Position numbers and translations under genes: made by a program. 64,000 nt of DNA from Sulfolobales archaeon HS-7 (lineage in GTDB: Archaea; Thermoproteota; Thermoprotei_A; Sulfolobales; Sulfolobaceae), in contig AP024596.1 in assembly GCA_019704295.1 (NCBI GenBank), positions 608,001 through 672,000 of the forward strand, given 5' to 3'. Shown here piece by piece: positions 32,620 through 44,602 of the stretch. Within the stretch, counting starts at the first letter, position 1. Each line of letters starts with the position of its first letter. Under the pieces are notes generated by a model that had not been told where the DNA came from, made no database searches, and worked only from the letters and a program-made list of their open reading frames with translations.

Positions 32620-32769
32620 GTGAAAGCACTAAAAATCCTTATCATTTTTACTCTAATTAGTAGCATAGAGGAAATCGTCGTAATAAAAAACGTTGAATTA
32701 TTTTTAACGATTATAGGTCTAGGTATTCTTGGCGTTATTCTTTCTCAGAAGTTTTTGTCTCGGCACTAG
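32620..32769 (+). CDS. cedA2: Small two-TM protein, probable CedA2 (not in ORF track)
   Basis: GTG start after GGTGA SD; MKALKILIIFTLISSIEEIVVIKNVELFLTIIGLGILGVILSQKFLSRH; directly after cedA. Confidence 0.6.
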   Translation: MKALKILIIFTLISSIEEIVVIKNVELFLTIIGLGILGVILSQKFLSRH

Positions 32770-32850
32770 TCCTTTTACTTTCCCTCTTTGTTTCCTTTAT
32801 CATAAATAGTGTAGTTTTTTGTCTTCCTCCCATAAATATAGATATAAGGA

Positions 32851-33291
32851 ATGGGGTTTAATAAATTGAGTCATAAGAAGTATGAGTACTTAGAGCATAC
32901 AGCGGATGTAGGAATAAGAGCTTACGGAAAAACCTTAAATGAAGCTTTCGAAAACTCCGCAATAGCTTTATTTAACCTAATAAGTAATATTGAGAAAATT
33001 AACGTAATAAAGAAATTCTCAATAGATATATTAGGATTCGATCTCGAGAACCTCTTTTATAAATGGATTGAATCTCTTTTAATAATTCATGATAGTTATA
33101 ATGTCATACTCTCTCGCTTTAATGTTAATATTGATATGAATACTCTTAATCTGTCGGGGACAGTAGGCGGTGAAACTTTTAATCGCGATACACACGAAAA
33201 GAGGGTCGTAGTAAAGGCAATTACATATCATGAAATTAAGATTGTTGAAGAAGAGGGATTAGTAATGATAGAATTTGTCGTGGACATATGA
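32851..33291 (+). CDS. Archease
   Basis: EHTADVG, VKAITYH and C-terminal VDI. Confidence 0.92.
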   Translation: MGFNKLSHKKYEYLEHTADVGIRAYGKTLNEAFENSAIALFNLISNIEKINVIKKFSIDILGFDLENLFYKWIESLLIIHDSYNVILSRFNVNIDMNTLNLSGTVGGETFNRDTHEKRVVVKAITYHEIKIVEEEGLVMIEFVVDI

Positions 33292-33377
33292 GGGAGTTAG
33301 TGATTATCTATAAACTTTATTAGCGACTTTCGACTAAAGTTTTTATCCCTAATATCAATACTTATTTTAAGACGATA

Positions 33378-33848
33378 ATGCGTACCTCAAAACTAAAGTC
33401 GGAATTAGACGAGACTGATAAGAAGCTTTTAATGGAACTCTTAAGAGATGGTAGGGTTACTCTCAGGCGCTTGGGAGAAACTATGAATATGTCTTCTGCT
33501 GCAATACATAATAGGTTATCTAGACTAGTGCAATTGGGAGTTGTTAAGGGATACGTGCCCCTGTTAGATTACTCTAAGTTAGGATATAACGTAACAAGTG
33601 TCATTTCGGCTAAGATAGATGGAAAACATTTAATAGAATTTGAGAAAGAAATAGCTAGCAATCCTAACGTGGTTGCTGTTTACGACATAACGGGAGAGAA
33701 CGATGTATTGTTTATTGCAAAATTTAGAAATATTGAAGAATTGGATGGATTTATAAAGCAAGTTCTTCGAAACCCCAGTGTGGAAAGGACGTCGACCAGT
33801 ATCGTGTTAAATGTTGTTAAAGAGGATCCTCGTCTCAGAATACCATAA
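33378..33848 (+). CDS. Lrp/AsnC family regulator
   Basis: LDETD..LL..L..DGR HTH; YDITGE.D RAM domain. Confidence 0.9.
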   Translation: MRTSKLKSELDETDKKLLMELLRDGRVTLRRLGETMNMSSAAIHNRLSRLVQLGVVKGYVPLLDYSKLGYNVTSVISAKIDGKHLIEFEKEIASNPNVVAVYDITGENDVLFIAKFRNIEELDGFIKQVLRNPSVERTSTSIVLNVVKEDPRLRIP

Positions 33849-33969
33849 CATGATTCATGAACATGGGTTGCTAAGAGAGAATAATACCACGTCATATAGA
33901 ACCGTGCCCTATTGCTTAGGAGGTCGTAAATCTGAGAACACCTCCAAACATGAGGAAGCTTTTATTGTG

Positions 33970-34689
33970 CTATTTTTCCTCCCACTGTGTAAGGTATCGA
34001 GCACATATCGTGAAGAGAGCTGTTTCCAATAACAGAACAGCCACTGATGACATAGTTGAGGGACCGTCAAGACCACTTTGCACAATTACAGATGCCGGAG
34101 TAACTGGGGTTGCCATCAGAATATACAGTATAATCTTAGGGAGTATTTGATAAGGGTAATAAAGTGGTGGTATTATAGTAAATACGATTGATAGGAATGA
34201 GGAAAGTCCCCAGCTGTGCCTGACGTGCTTGAGTCTGCTCGATGTTATTATTCCAAGAGACGACGTGGAAAACATAACCAATATAAGGACTCCAAATATT
34301 GGTGGTATTTCAATTAGTGGGAAAACCTTGAGTATTATTCCCAAAATAATGTAAAGGACTATCCCTGGAAAAGAGAATACCAGATCACCTAGCATTAGCC
34401 CTATCATATAATCAACTGGTCCAACTTCAGTTGCCACTAGCAGATCTATCATTCTGAGTTCCAGCTTGAAGAAGGCATTATCGCTTACGAGCGATAGAGC
34501 GTTAGATGCGACTACTGCTATCATCCCTCCTATTATTCCGTAGGATAAAAGTTCTCCACGAGATATTATAAACACTAGAAGTAATAGCGAAAGCGGTAGA
34601 CTTAGATAGGATAAAACGTATACGGGACCACGCTTTAGGCCAGACCACCCATAAAACCAGGCAAAAGTGAGAATAAATTTAAGATTCAA
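33970..34689 (-). CDS. ABC-2 type transporter permease
   Basis: Six TMs, PPLYYPY..LP; coupled to the ATPase gene. Confidence 0.8.
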   Translation of the reverse strand: MNLKFILTFAWFYGWSGLKRGPVYVLSYLSLPLSLLLLVFIISRGELLSYGIIGGMIAVVASNALSLVSDNAFFKLELRMIDLLVATEVGPVDYMIGLMLGDLVFSFPGIVLYIILGIILKVFPLIEIPPIFGVLILVMFSTSSLGIITSSRLKHVRHSWGLSSFLSIVFTIIPPLYYPYQILPKIILYILMATPVTPASVIVQSGLDGPSTMSSVAVLLLETALFTICARYLTQWEEK

Positions 34690-35506
34690 TTTCTACACCC
34701 ATCGTTATGAAAACGTCTTCCAACGTTATAGGCTTTAGAGTGACGTTTTTATCCAGTAACTCAGAGGCCTTTGTTTTGTCTACATAAGATAATCTTGTCT
34801 TACCTATAATTATATCACCCATACCCTCCACTCTAACTTTTCCTTTCAGAGGTTCCAATAGCTCGTTAACCGTACCCAGCCCTCGTAATTTTCCACGATC
34901 CAAAATAGCTATCTGACCGCAAAGTTCCTGAGCCTCCTCCATGTAGTGTGTAGTAAGGAGGATTTTAGACCTTATTTCCCTTACGGCAGACCATACCTCC
35001 ATTCTTGAAATTGGATCTAGGCCAGTAGTAGGTTCATCTAAGAACACCACATCAGTGTTCGATGATATGGCCATAGCAACGAAGATCTTTCTCTTCATTC
35101 CTCCTGATAATTCGTCAGTAGGTTTATCGATAACCTCACCTAGTCCAACCGCCTCAAGGGCTACTTTCGCTTCCCGAACAGCGTCACGAAACGACATACC
35201 CTTGGCAGTTAGATACATTGTTACATGTTCTAGAGGACTAGCTATGCCCATAGGCTTCGCCTCTTGAGGAATGCTAGTAATTTTCTTCCTTAGTGTTTTC
35301 CTATCCCTTTCTATATCATATCCGTTAATTACCGCCTTTCCACTAGTGGGTTTTAATTGAGTTGAAAGTATTCTAGTTAATGTAGTCTTACCTGCACCGT
35401 TCCTACCGATTAAACAGGATATTTTACTATCTAATTTCATTGTTAATGAGTTTAGGGCAATAGTACCGTCGTCATATCTTTTAGTAAGCTCAAAAGTCTC
35501 AATCAT
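34679..35506 (-). CDS. ABC transporter ATP-binding protein (DrrA-like)
   Basis: [23 protein letters not shown] and TTHYMEEA motifs. Confidence 0.92.
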   Translation of the reverse strand: MIETFELTKRYDDGTIALNSLTMKLDSKISCLIGRNGAGKTTLTRILSTQLKPTSGKAVINGYDIERDRKTLRKKITSIPQEAKPMGIASPLEHVTMYLTAKGMSFRDAVREAKVALEAVGLGEVIDKPTDELSGGMKRKIFVAMAISSNTDVVFLDEPTTGLDPISRMEVWSAVREIRSKILLTTHYMEEAQELCGQIAILDRGKLRGLGTVNELLEPLKGKVRVEGMGDIIIGKTRLSYVDKTKASELLDKNVTLKPITLEDVFITMGVEIES

Positions 35507-35686
35507 AGTTTTTACTTAAGTTAGCAAAGCTTATGAAATTGAAGCATATAGGGGTTAAGCACCCCAAAACCTCATATTTAACCTCGAAGCGGTGAAAACA
35601 TGTTTATACAAGCATTATTTTAACATGATTACCTTCCCAAATGCTTAAAAGCTTACATATTGTTAATACATGTTAGTGGTACTTTA

Positions 35687-35980
35687 ATGCCAACGGAACA
35701 AACTAAAAGTGAAAAGCTTGACTACAGAATAATAGAAATTATAAATGCATCGCCTGCTACAGAAATAAAGGTAATTATAGTACTAAACAGAATTCCAAGT
35801 CCAGATATTGTTAACGATATATCGGCCATGTCAGGTGTGTCTGTAGTAAAGGTAATACCAGATATAAACGTAATAAAGGCAAAGGGAAAGGCTAGGCTCT
35901 TTTATGAGGTGGCTTCCAAGAACTACGTTAGCCACATAATACTCGAAGAAATTTTATCTAAAGAAAGGGAAAACATCTAG
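35687..35980 (+). CDS. Hypothetical protein
   Basis: ORF abutting xpd; ATG at 35687. Confidence 0.55.
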   Translation: MPTEQTKSEKLDYRIIEIINASPATEIKVIIVLNRIPSPDIVNDISAMSGVSVVKVIPDINVIKAKGKARLFYEVASKNYVSHIILEEILSKERENI

Positions 35981-37626
35981 TGCAGTTAAGGACATGGCAA
36001 TCTAAAGCGTTTGACAAGGTGATAAATGAGATAAAAGAAAACAAGATCGTAGCGTTACAGTCTCCTACAGGTTCTGGAAAAACATTATTTGCCTTATTCG
36101 TAGGATTTAAGGAATTTAAAAAAATTCTATTCGTCGTAAGAACACATAATCAGTTTTATCCGGTATATAAGGAGATCTTGAATAACTTTCCTGACAAATC
36201 CTTCTCGTTCCTAACTGGTAAACCAGTTTCTTGTGTCTATGCAGATAAAACTGTTGAACCAGAGGATATTAATTGTAAATTTTGTAACATATTCACTGCA
36301 ATTCAAGTAAAGGTAGACAGACCCCCTTTTCAATTTCTCGATTCCCTTAAAGAGCTTGGAGCAGAAGAAGGATTCTGCCCTTACCATTCCCTCCATCTAT
36401 CAGCGGAAAAAAGTGACGTATTAACTATAACTTACCCCTACCTGTTTTTACCTCCTCTTAGGGAGACCTTGGATATAGATCTTGAGGAATACTTTATAGT
36501 GATCGATGAAGCCCACAATCTTGATAGCCTTTCGGATTACGATGAAAGAACCTTATCAGAACAGACTCTAGTAAGTGCTATGTCTCAGTCCTCCTCGACA
36601 TCAGTAAACAAAATTCTTGAGAAGTTGCGATTATTTGTAAAGAAAAACGTCAATCCAAATGATAAATACGTTGAGGTAAAGAATCTTCTAAGGCTTGATG
36701 AAGACGAGGAGGAACTTGTTGAAGACGAGTATATAAAGCTCAGGGATAAAATGATCCTTGACAGAAAAATAAGGAAAAATTACATAGGAAGCGTAATCAA
36801 ATTCGTAAAATCACTTAAAGAAGAAAACGTAAAGCTTTTCTCAATATCTGGGAAACTTGTTATAAAAAAGTTAGATATATCTAAATATCTGGAAATATTA
36901 GAAAAAAGTAATCTGGCAATACTAATGATGTCTGGCACATTGCCTCCTCCAGAATACATAAGTAAAGTATGGGGTATAAAGAGAGAAATATCGTACATAG
37001 ATGTGGAGAGCGAATTTGGGCTTAAAGGGTGGGGGAGGAAGAACTTCCTCCTAGCCAAGGATGTAACGACCTCCTACTCGTTTAGAAGTGAGATCATGTG
37101 GAGGAAGTACGCTTCATACCTCATGAGGATCTATTACAGTTCTATCAATAATGTACTGGCGGTAACTCCCAGTTACGAAACACTTCAAAAAATTTCCACA
37201 TTGTTAGAGAATAACATATCAGTAATTGTTGAAAACAAGGATACGACAATAGAAGACATTGAGAAAGCCATAAAGAGGGGAAAGACGCTAATTATGGGGG
37301 TAGCACGAGGGAAATTTTCGGAGGGAATAGAGTTTACCGAAAACAGGAGAAGCCTAATAACGGATATAGCAATAGTAGGCATTCCCTATCCATCAACAGA
37401 TGACTTCGCTAAGGCGAAAATAGAAACTATTAGTAAAAGAGTTAATGGTGACGTCAGAGAACTCCTGTTTTCGATTCCAGCACTTGTTGCAGTGAGGCAA
37501 ATTATAGGAAGGGCAATAAGAAACGAATTCGATTCGCCTAATATATGGTTATTGGATAAAAGATTTGATAGTGAGTGGTGGAAGAACAAATTAGGGGCAT
37601 TTAATGCAAAGAAAATAAGATTATGA
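35980..37626 (+). CDS. xpd: XPD/Rad3 Fe-S helicase
   Basis: SPTGSGKT, four Fe-S Cys (C..C..C..CPY), DEAHN, SGTL and QIIGRAIR. Confidence 0.92.
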   Translation: MQLRTWQSKAFDKVINEIKENKIVALQSPTGSGKTLFALFVGFKEFKKILFVVRTHNQFYPVYKEILNNFPDKSFSFLTGKPVSCVYADKTVEPEDINCKFCNIFTAIQVKVDRPPFQFLDSLKELGAEEGFCPYHSLHLSAEKSDVLTITYPYLFLPPLRETLDIDLEEYFIVIDEAHNLDSLSDYDERTLSEQTLVSAMSQSSSTSVNKILEKLRLFVKKNVNPNDKYVEVKNLLRLDEDEEELVEDEYIKLRDKMILDRKIRKNYIGSVIKFVKSLKEENVKLFSISGKLVIKKLDISKYLEILEKSNLAILMMSGTLPPPEYISKVWGIKREISYIDVESEFGLKGWGRKNFLLAKDVTTSYSFRSEIMWRKYASYLMRIYYSSINNVLAVTPSYETLQKISTLLENNISVIVENKDTTIEDIEKAIKRGKTLIMGVARGKFSEGIEFTENRRSLITDIAIVGIPYPSTDDFAKAKIETISKRVNGDVRELLFSIPALVAVRQIIGRAIRNEFDSPNIWLLDKRFDSEWWKNKLGAFNAKKIRL

Positions 37627-37698
37627 GTATAGGAGTTAAGGGGGATATACTACAGTTTTAGAGATGGATTAATATAGTCGAACTAGAGTAATATTATA

Positions 37699-38967
37699 AT
37701 GGAGTTAACGCTTAGGCATTGTGATTTTATAGTAAGTGCCGACAAGATCTACGAAAACACGAACTTAGTAATACAGGGGAATACGATCAAAACTATTGGG
37801 GATTATATAGAGGGCGATGAACTAGAATGTAAGGGAAAGATAGTAATACCTGGCTTAGTTAATACTCATACTCATCTAGGAATGACTTTTCTTAGGGGTT
37901 ACTATGATGATGCTGATTTCCCATTATGGATACATAAGATGTGGGAGAGCGAGAGAAAGGCCACCCGCGAAATTTTATCTCTTTCAACGGAGATCGCTAT
38001 TCTAGAGGCGATATCCTCTGGCACAACAGCGATTTTTGACATGTATTTTAATCCAGAAGATGTGAAGGAATTCTCTAATAAGTACGGAATAAGGACTTAC
38101 GGTGGTTACGTATTCCTTGATAGTAGGAATGATCCCTTTGAAATTGATAAGTTAAATAGGATGTTAAAGCCAACGGAATTGTTTACTCCGATCATAAACA
38201 TCCATAGTATATATTCCACGAGTGAAACTACGCTAAAATTGGCATCTCAATTGGCAAGAGAGGCAAACAGGAAAGTACAGATCCACATGTCTGAAACGAG
38301 GGAGGAAGTCTTCAATACTAAGAAGAAGTACGGTATGACTCCTATACAATACTTAAACAAATTAGTAGATATTAACGAGAAATGGGAACTCGTGCATCTC
38401 GGGTGGGTTACTAATTGGGAAATCGAGATTTTAAAGCGTGTAAACGCTACAGCTGTTCATTGCCCAACATCTAATATGAAGTTAGCAACTGCAGGCACTT
38501 TCCCTATGAGAACTTTCCTAGAGGAAGGGATAAACGTTACACTAGGGACAGACGGACCTGCCAGTAATAACTCGTTAGACATGTTCAGAGAAATGAAGAC
38601 AGCGGTGCTTCTACAGAGGAATACTTACTGGAATTATGATATAGGAGCCAAAGAAGTTATCTCCGCCTCCACGCGAAATGGTTATAGATATGCTGGACTT
38701 AATGCGGGATACGTAAAGGAGGGATGGTTAGCTGATCTAGTCGTGTTAGACAGCAAAGGGTTAAGACCCCTAAGTAAGGAACGCGTTCTCTCGTCAATTG
38801 TATACAACGCTGTTGGCGAAAACGTTGACACTGTTATAGTAAATGGACAAATAGTTTACAAAAAGGGTATGTTTAATGAGAAGCTAAACGCCCTATATGC
38901 AGAACTCGAAGGTATATTATTCAAAGGAGAAAACGTTACTTCCAACGAACTTCAAATCCCATTATAA
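37699..38967 (+). CDS. Metal-dependent amidohydrolase (MTA/SAH deaminase-like)
   Basis: PGLVNTHTH, HMSE, HCPTSN and LGTDG motifs. Confidence 0.88.
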   Translation: MELTLRHCDFIVSADKIYENTNLVIQGNTIKTIGDYIEGDELECKGKIVIPGLVNTHTHLGMTFLRGYYDDADFPLWIHKMWESERKATREILSLSTEIAILEAISSGTTAIFDMYFNPEDVKEFSNKYGIRTYGGYVFLDSRNDPFEIDKLNRMLKPTELFTPIINIHSIYSTSETTLKLASQLAREANRKVQIHMSETREEVFNTKKKYGMTPIQYLNKLVDINEKWELVHLGWVTNWEIEILKRVNATAVHCPTSNMKLATAGTFPMRTFLEEGINVTLGTDGPASNNSLDMFREMKTAVLLQRNTYWNYDIGAKEVISASTRNGYRYAGLNAGYVKEGWLADLVVLDSKGLRPLSKERVLSSIVYNAVGENVDTVIVNGQIVYKKGMFNEKLNALYAELEGILFKGENVTSNELQIPL

Positions 38968-39032
38968 ATATTAAATTACTACACTCGTTATTTGGTCTAT
39001 AAAGTTCTCTGCTTCCAATATAACTCTTCCTT

Positions 39033-39671
39033 TCAGGAAGAGATCCGTTCCGACTCGATACCGTTAATTTTACTCATAATTGATTTGAACTGCGATATAC
39101 TAATTTGACCTGGAGCTGTGCTTTCTCCGCAATTAACGTAAAATAATTTAGAACCTAAAAGAGCAAACGCTAATCTTGTTCGAAACGAATCTTCCAGTGG
39201 CATAACACTAGAATTTGAGTATGTCTCTAGAAATTTAAGGAGTGTATTTAGGCAGTTTTTACCCTTAGTTACAGCTAACTTTAAAGAAAAGGCCTCTCTA
39301 AACTTCTCCATTAAAGATATAGGTTCGTTTGGATCTTCTGGAGGCGAATTGATGTAATGAACGGAAACTATTTCATTCCTAAAAGGCATAGGGTATTTGA
39401 TTAAAAATCTAGCCTCTATATCATACATTAACCCTAACTCCCTAGCTCTTGAGAGGATTCGTCTCTTTAATTCGGGTTTAACGTAGTTTATTCCTCCCTC
39501 TGATATATCCCTTATCGTAATAATTGTTCTTTTTCTCCTTACTTTCTCTAATATATCGGGATTAATAGTTGGTAGATAGTCTAGGCGTAACTCAACGAAA
39601 TCTCCCCCGCAGTTCATTGCCCTATTTATGTCTTCGGATTTCCTAACTGGTACTGAGACGACTACTTTAAA
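39033..39671 (-). CDS. aroD: Type I 3-dehydroquinate dehydratase
   Basis: VELRLD, R...EGG, SVH and TAPGQ motifs; frame open to 39671 (TTT), first ATG at 39617. Confidence 0.85.
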   Translation of the reverse strand, partial: FKVVVSVPVRKSEDINRAMNCGGDFVELRLDYLPTINPDILEKVRRKRTIITIRDISEGGINYVKPELKRRILSRARELGLMYDIEARFLIKYPMPFRNEIVSVHYINSPPEDPNEPISLMEKFREAFSLKLAVTKGKNCLNTLLKFLETYSNSSVMPLEDSFRTRLAFALLGSKLFYVNCGESTAPGQISISQFKSIMSKINGIESERISS

Positions 39672-40849
39672 GAGACATCACCTCCTAGTGCTCTTAAAGT
39701 GTCCCAAAAGCTGGGATTGCTCTTATTAACGCATTCGGCTTCCCTTATAATTCCTCCTACCATCACTGACGGGACGGATAACATCATACCAACCCTATGA
39801 TCCCCATTACAGTTAACCTCACTCCTTGTCAGTTCTTTAGAACCGTTTATCCTTATTTTCTCGTCGTGGACTTCAATCTTAACACCAAACTTCGCTAGTT
39901 CCAGAATACCGTTAACTCTGTCGCTCTCTTTAATCCTAAGTCTACTCGTGCCCTCAATCCCTATGGTGGAATTAAGACCACTAGCTACTGCGGCTATTGA
40001 CATTGCAGTATCAATAGCGTCTTCTACGTTAAATTCAGAATCCACTTCTTTTTCTATTCCATCTACTATCCATGAGGAATTGGTATAAGAGCTCCTAATA
40101 CCCATGGCTTTAAAGACGTCAACAATTGAGTGATCACCGAAAAAAGGTGGAGGCTCGTAGAGACCGGTTATTTCTAATCTTCCTCCAGTCAGTGCAGAAC
40201 CTGCTGCATAAAACGAAGAGAGAAGGTAATCTCCAGGGACACTTCCCCTATACGGTTTTAGTTCCGAATCCTCCACTTCTATCTGATTCTCAAAAACCTT
40301 AATACGTGCTCCGATACTCCTAAGCAGGTGGGCTGTTAAATTCACATACGATTTAGAAACCATTTTCCCTTTAATAGATATCTTCCCTCCTCCCATGAGG
40401 AGCAAGGAATATATAAGTCCTGAGATATGTTGACTGCTTTCACTTCCATCTACTTCAATTTCAGTATCTCTCAGCTTCCCGTAGAGCTTAATTGGCAGGT
40501 GATTTGAGGAGAACTCAATTCCGTAATTACGTAGTTCCAGAAGCGCAGAGAGGGGCCTGCTTTTAAGTTGGGATTCTCCATCTATTATCCCTTGACAACC
40601 GAATGCGCCCATTATAGGTATAATCATTCTTAAAGTAGTAGCCGAACCCCTTAACTTAAGAATTCCTTTGCAACCTCCTTTTATGTAGTTCACAGCATCA
40701 AGTGCGTCCAATACGTCATTAGATAGAGCCAAATTCTCCAATTTGATATCCGTTAATACCGAAGCTAAAATTAGCCTGATTGCTATAGATTTTGATTGAG
40801 GTGCTTTGATTGACCCCTGAATTATCGAGGGATTTATCTCAGCTATCAT
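39662..40849 (-). CDS. aroA: EPSP synthase
   Basis: PQSKS, SATTLR, SSQHISG, LRIKESDR, DHR and KS.P.FW motifs. Confidence 0.92.
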   Translation of the reverse strand: MIAEINPSIIQGSIKAPQSKSIAIRLILASVLTDIKLENLALSNDVLDALDAVNYIKGGCKGILKLRGSATTLRMIIPIMGAFGCQGIIDGESQLKSRPLSALLELRNYGIEFSSNHLPIKLYGKLRDTEIEVDGSESSQHISGLIYSLLLMGGGKISIKGKMVSKSYVNLTAHLLRSIGARIKVFENQIEVEDSELKPYRGSVPGDYLLSSFYAAGSALTGGRLEITGLYEPPPFFGDHSIVDVFKAMGIRSSYTNSSWIVDGIEKEVDSEFNVEDAIDTAMSIAAVASGLNSTIGIEGTSRLRIKESDRVNGILELAKFGVKIEVHDEKIRINGSKELTRSEVNCNGDHRVGMMLSVPSVMVGGIIREAECVNKSNPSFWDTLRALGGDVSLK

Positions 40850-41639
40850 TCTGTTTCTCCACTCTCTTAATCGGCACAGGTTGAAACACCTTAACTGGTC
40901 CATAAGGGGAAAGAGCGTCTACTACTTTCATCTCATAACCTTTATTAACAATTGCAAAGTAAGAAGGTCCGTTTCCAGAGATACCTGATGAAAGAGATCC
41001 GACCTTTAATGCCGTTTGAATTGGTTTCTGATCGTAATTCAGTATTTCCGACATTAATAGGCCGTTAAGTAGCGTTGCCTCTATAATTTTACCTGAGAGG
41101 GCAATTCCAAAAATCTGAGCGAAAACCGAACTGAATTTTCTCAAGTCCTTAGGGATAATTTTTTTCTTTCCTTGCCTAATTAATAGCACTATCCTTATAT
41201 TGTCAGGAGGACTTCTATGGGAAATCTCCCTAAGTCTCTTATTGTCAGTAAACGATACCCCTCCGTAGTAAGAAGCGACTGCATCGTCAAAGGCTCCTGT
41301 AATGGACACCCCCGCTTTAATCGAGAGCTGTGCAGATACAGTTGGTGGATAAAAGTTAGAGTTATACAGAGAATTGAGCGCTGATATTGCGGCAACAGAT
41401 ACAGCGGAACTGCTTTTCAGACCAGACGACGATGGAATAGAAGAATTTACAATTACACAAGCGTCTCCTCCGAACTTTCGTCTAAAAAAGTCAACTATTA
41501 CTCCTATCAAGACAGAGCTTGTTTCGCATTTCCCCCACTCCGCCTTAACATATACCGGCATATTAATAGCCATCGTAGAACCTAGCCACGAAGGTATTGC
41601 GTTTACTACTGAGATCCCGCCGAAAGAGCTTGCTGACAC
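40839..41639 (-). CDS. aroK: Archaeal shikimate kinase (GHMP)
   Basis: IP...[15 protein letters not shown] and SGNGPS motifs. Confidence 0.9.
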   Translation of the reverse strand: MSASSFGGISVVNAIPSWLGSTMAINMPVYVKAEWGKCETSSVLIGVIVDFFRRKFGGDACVIVNSSIPSSSGLKSSSAVSVAAISALNSLYNSNFYPPTVSAQLSIKAGVSITGAFDDAVASYYGGVSFTDNKRLREISHRSPPDNIRIVLLIRQGKKKIIPKDLRKFSSVFAQIFGIALSGKIIEATLLNGLLMSEILNYDQKPIQTALKVGSLSSGISGNGPSYFAIVNKGYEMKVVDALSPYGPVKVFQPVPIKRVEKQNDS

Positions 41640-42784
41640 AGAGATTTATACTCACCCCAGTTTCTCTCTATTTCCTCAACCTCATCTTTCTCTAATTTAA
41701 CCAAAGATACATAACCTGCTCTTAGCATATGATCGGCAAACGTCAAGGCTATCATGGCCTCGCCAACTGCGATGCCCCTTATTGCAACGCAAGGGTCATG
41801 CCTTCCCTTTACTGAAATCGTGGTGCTTTCCCCTGTTTTTACATTAACCGTATTCTGGGGTTTCCTTATAGAGGATGTTGGCTTGAATGCTATTCTGATA
41901 ATAACGTCTTCACCATTAGTTAAACCACCGAGAATACCGCCTGCGGAGTTCTTTGAGTAGCGAGGTCTTCCATTCTCCATCACAATTTGATCATTAGCCT
42001 CCGACCCCTTCATTTTAGCTCCTTCAAAACCCAGACCGTACTCGAAACCCGTGACAGCTGGTATTGATAGCAGCGACTTGGCTAGATCTGCCTTTATTTT
42101 ATCAAATACTGGTTCCCCGAGACCAGTAGGAGTATTCCTAACGATAAATTCCGCTGTTCCCCCTACACTGTCCCCCTCATCAAATACCGACTTAAGAAGA
42201 CTCGTGTAACTGTTCTCAATGTCCTTAGAAGGCGCTCTCACTGGACTATACTTAGCGCATATAGCTGAATCGAAATCTACCTTCCCCTCTACTTTTATAT
42301 TACCCATGCTTTTGAGATACCCCGCTATTAATATACGCCTTAATAGTAACAGTTTTTTAGCAACAGTTCCAGCTATAACCCTTGATACGGTCTCTCTTGC
42401 ACTAGCCCTTCCACCTCCTCTATAATCCCAGTTTTCGAAACCGTACTTCTGTATATATGGTAGATCTGCGTGACCTGGTCGAGGGGTGTATTTGGTCTCC
42501 TCGTACAGGGACGAAATTACGTCTTCGTTATTCACAATGACGGCTATGGGTGCTCCAGTAGTCTTTCCGTTAAATAAACCACTAACTATCTTAGGCTGAT
42601 CTCGTTCTCTTCTCCCAGAAACTAAATACCTCCCCGGTCTTCTAAATGACAGTTCAAACGCAATATCCTCTTCCGATAAAGGAAGTCCCGCTGGAACACC
42701 ATCAATTACCACCCCTACCAATGGACCGTGACTTTCCCCGAATGTAGTGACCCTAAATACTTTTCCAATAGAGTTACCTGGCAT
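41606..42784 (-). CDS. aroC: Chorismate synthase
   Basis: FGESHG, PRPGHAD, RASARET and GRHDPC motifs. Confidence 0.96.
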   Translation of the reverse strand: MPGNSIGKVFRVTTFGESHGPLVGVVIDGVPAGLPLSEEDIAFELSFRRPGRYLVSGRRERDQPKIVSGLFNGKTTGAPIAVIVNNEDVISSLYEETKYTPRPGHADLPYIQKYGFENWDYRGGGRASARETVSRVIAGTVAKKLLLLRRILIAGYLKSMGNIKVEGKVDFDSAICAKYSPVRAPSKDIENSYTSLLKSVFDEGDSVGGTAEFIVRNTPTGLGEPVFDKIKADLAKSLLSIPAVTGFEYGLGFEGAKMKGSEANDQIVMENGRPRYSKNSAGGILGGLTNGEDVIIRIAFKPTSSIRKPQNTVNVKTGESTTISVKGRHDPCVAIRGIAVGEAMIALTFADHMLRAGYVSLVKLEKDEVEEIERNWGEYKSLCQQALSAGSQ

Positions 42785-43556
42785 CTAAAACCCTCCTAAC
42801 CTTATCCTCATTAACGGATTTACCTAACCAGATTTTTTGGGACTCTAATGCTTGCTTTATAAGAATTGTGATCCCGTCAATGAGTTTTATTCCCCTTTCT
42901 TTGACCGTCTTGGAAAAGCGGGATTCCTTAGCGTAAGAAAAATCTATTGCAATATCCCCATTTGGAATACACGGGATTGTCGCTTCAGCAGGCAACGCGT
43001 TAGCTAGAACGGAATACGTCTTCTCGCAGTAATCCCCTCTATATGAGGGGAAGGAGATTACATTTAATCCCATCCTAACCTCCTTATCTGCAAACGATTT
43101 AGCCCTATCGTAGTTCCTATTTACCAAGATAACGTCGCATCCACTCTCGGCTAGGGCTACTGTTATTGTCTTACCAGCTCCACCTGCCCCGAATACTAAG
43201 CAATTGCCTCCTAACTTCTTAGGAATTAATTGCTTCACCGCGATGTAATCAGTATTATATCCCGTACCATTATGAACAGTATTTACTGCACCAATTCTCT
43301 CCGCTTCAGTACTTAGATGCTTCACATATCTTAATACCTCTTCCTTATAGGGAATAGTCACGTTTATCCCATCGGAAATGGATAGAAGGGCAGGAAACAC
43401 TGTATGAAAGTTTGACGGATCAATGTCAAAAGCTAAGTAGACGGCATTCAACATAAGCTCTCTAAAAGAATAATTATGAATAGTTGGGGACAGACTGTAC
43501 TTAATTCCGTTACCTACTAAACAGTATAACCTTGTCTCGGCGTTTATGTTAAACAT
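42774..43556 (-). CDS. aroE: Shikimate dehydrogenase
   Basis: [23 protein letters not shown] and GAGGAG motifs. Confidence 0.93.
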   Translation of the reverse strand: MFNINAETRLYCLVGNGIKYSLSPTIHNYSFRELMLNAVYLAFDIDPSNFHTVFPALLSISDGINVTIPYKEEVLRYVKHLSTEAERIGAVNTVHNGTGYNTDYIAVKQLIPKKLGGNCLVFGAGGAGKTITVALAESGCDVILVNRNYDRAKSFADKEVRMGLNVISFPSYRGDYCEKTYSVLANALPAEATIPCIPNGDIAIDFSYAKESRFSKTVKERGIKLIDGITILIKQALESQKIWLGKSVNEDKVRRVLDAR

Positions 43557-44602
43557 TGAAATATCGCTTTTTCCAACCAACTCTTCTCCACCTCAACTCT
43601 TTTCCAACTTCCTATACGTACAGGTAATGGAAGGGAGATCTTATCTCCATACCCTTTTTTATCCATACTTAATAGTAAGGAGATCTCATTTGGGTCGCCC
43701 TTGATGTTAAGTTCTGACGCGGTTAGAGGCAGACCAAACAACGATAGTATCCACTCAGTGTCCTCAACTACTCCCTCCTCACCAATCCCCAGTTCCTCTG
43801 ATATCTCAGCCTCACAGACCATACCCACTGCCACTGCCATGCCGTGATGAATCGAAAAACCAGATAAGGACTCGATAACGTGCCCGACTGTATGACCGAA
43901 ATTAAGCACAGAACGGATCCCTATTCGTTCCCTTTCGTCACTACTCACTATCTGGAGCTTCGATTCTACTGAAGACGCTATTATCTCCTCCACTGCTTCC
44001 TCATCCCTTTGTAATATCCTTTCGGAGTTGTTTGATAAGTAATCGTAGAGTCTTTTATTGAGAGTTATCCCATATTTTATCACCTCGGCAAGTCCCTGCC
44101 TGAAGTTTTTCTGCTCGAGAGAGTCGAGAAACCTAAGATCCTCAAGTACTAATTTAGGCTGATAAAACGTCCCTATTAAATTCTTTATTCCCCTATAATC
44201 GATACCGTTTTTACCGCCTAGAGAGGCATCGACCATCCCAAGTAGAGTAGTAGGCACGTTAGTTAAGTTGATCCCTCTCTTATAAATCGAGGCAATAAAG
44301 CCTACAACATCAGTTACCGTACCGCCTCCTACTGCGATCAGTGTATCTCTTCGCGACAAGTTTAATTCAATTAACTTATCTATTATTGACAAGACAGTCT
44401 GCAAATTTTTACTCCTCTCCCCATCATCTATTTCTAAGAGGGTATTGGGCTGTAATCCATGAAGGTAATTCCTAACATCATTAGTTAATCCAGAACCGTA
44501 TATAACTACTTTCTTCCCCTCTAGGCTTAATTCCTTAAGAGCTCCCCTTCCTATGTAAACTGTGATAGTTTCGTCTCCAACTTTTTCGGTAATCACTCTC
44601 AT
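43544..44602 (-). CDS. aroB: 3-dehydroquinate synthase
   Basis: GGGTVTD, PTTLLGMVDASLGGKNG and LNFGHT motifs. Confidence 0.95.
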   Translation of the reverse strand: MRVITEKVGDETITVYIGRGALKELSLEGKKVVIYGSGLTNDVRNYLHGLQPNTLLEIDDGERSKNLQTVLSIIDKLIELNLSRRDTLIAVGGGTVTDVVGFIASIYKRGINLTNVPTTLLGMVDASLGGKNGIDYRGIKNLIGTFYQPKLVLEDLRFLDSLEQKNFRQGLAEVIKYGITLNKRLYDYLSNNSERILQRDEEAVEEIIASSVESKLQIVSSDERERIGIRSVLNFGHTVGHVIESLSGFSIHHGMAVAVGMVCEAEISEELGIGEEGVVEDTEWILSLFGLPLTASELNIKGDPNEISLLLSMDKKGYGDKISLPLPVRIGSWKRVEVEKSWLEKAIFQCLT

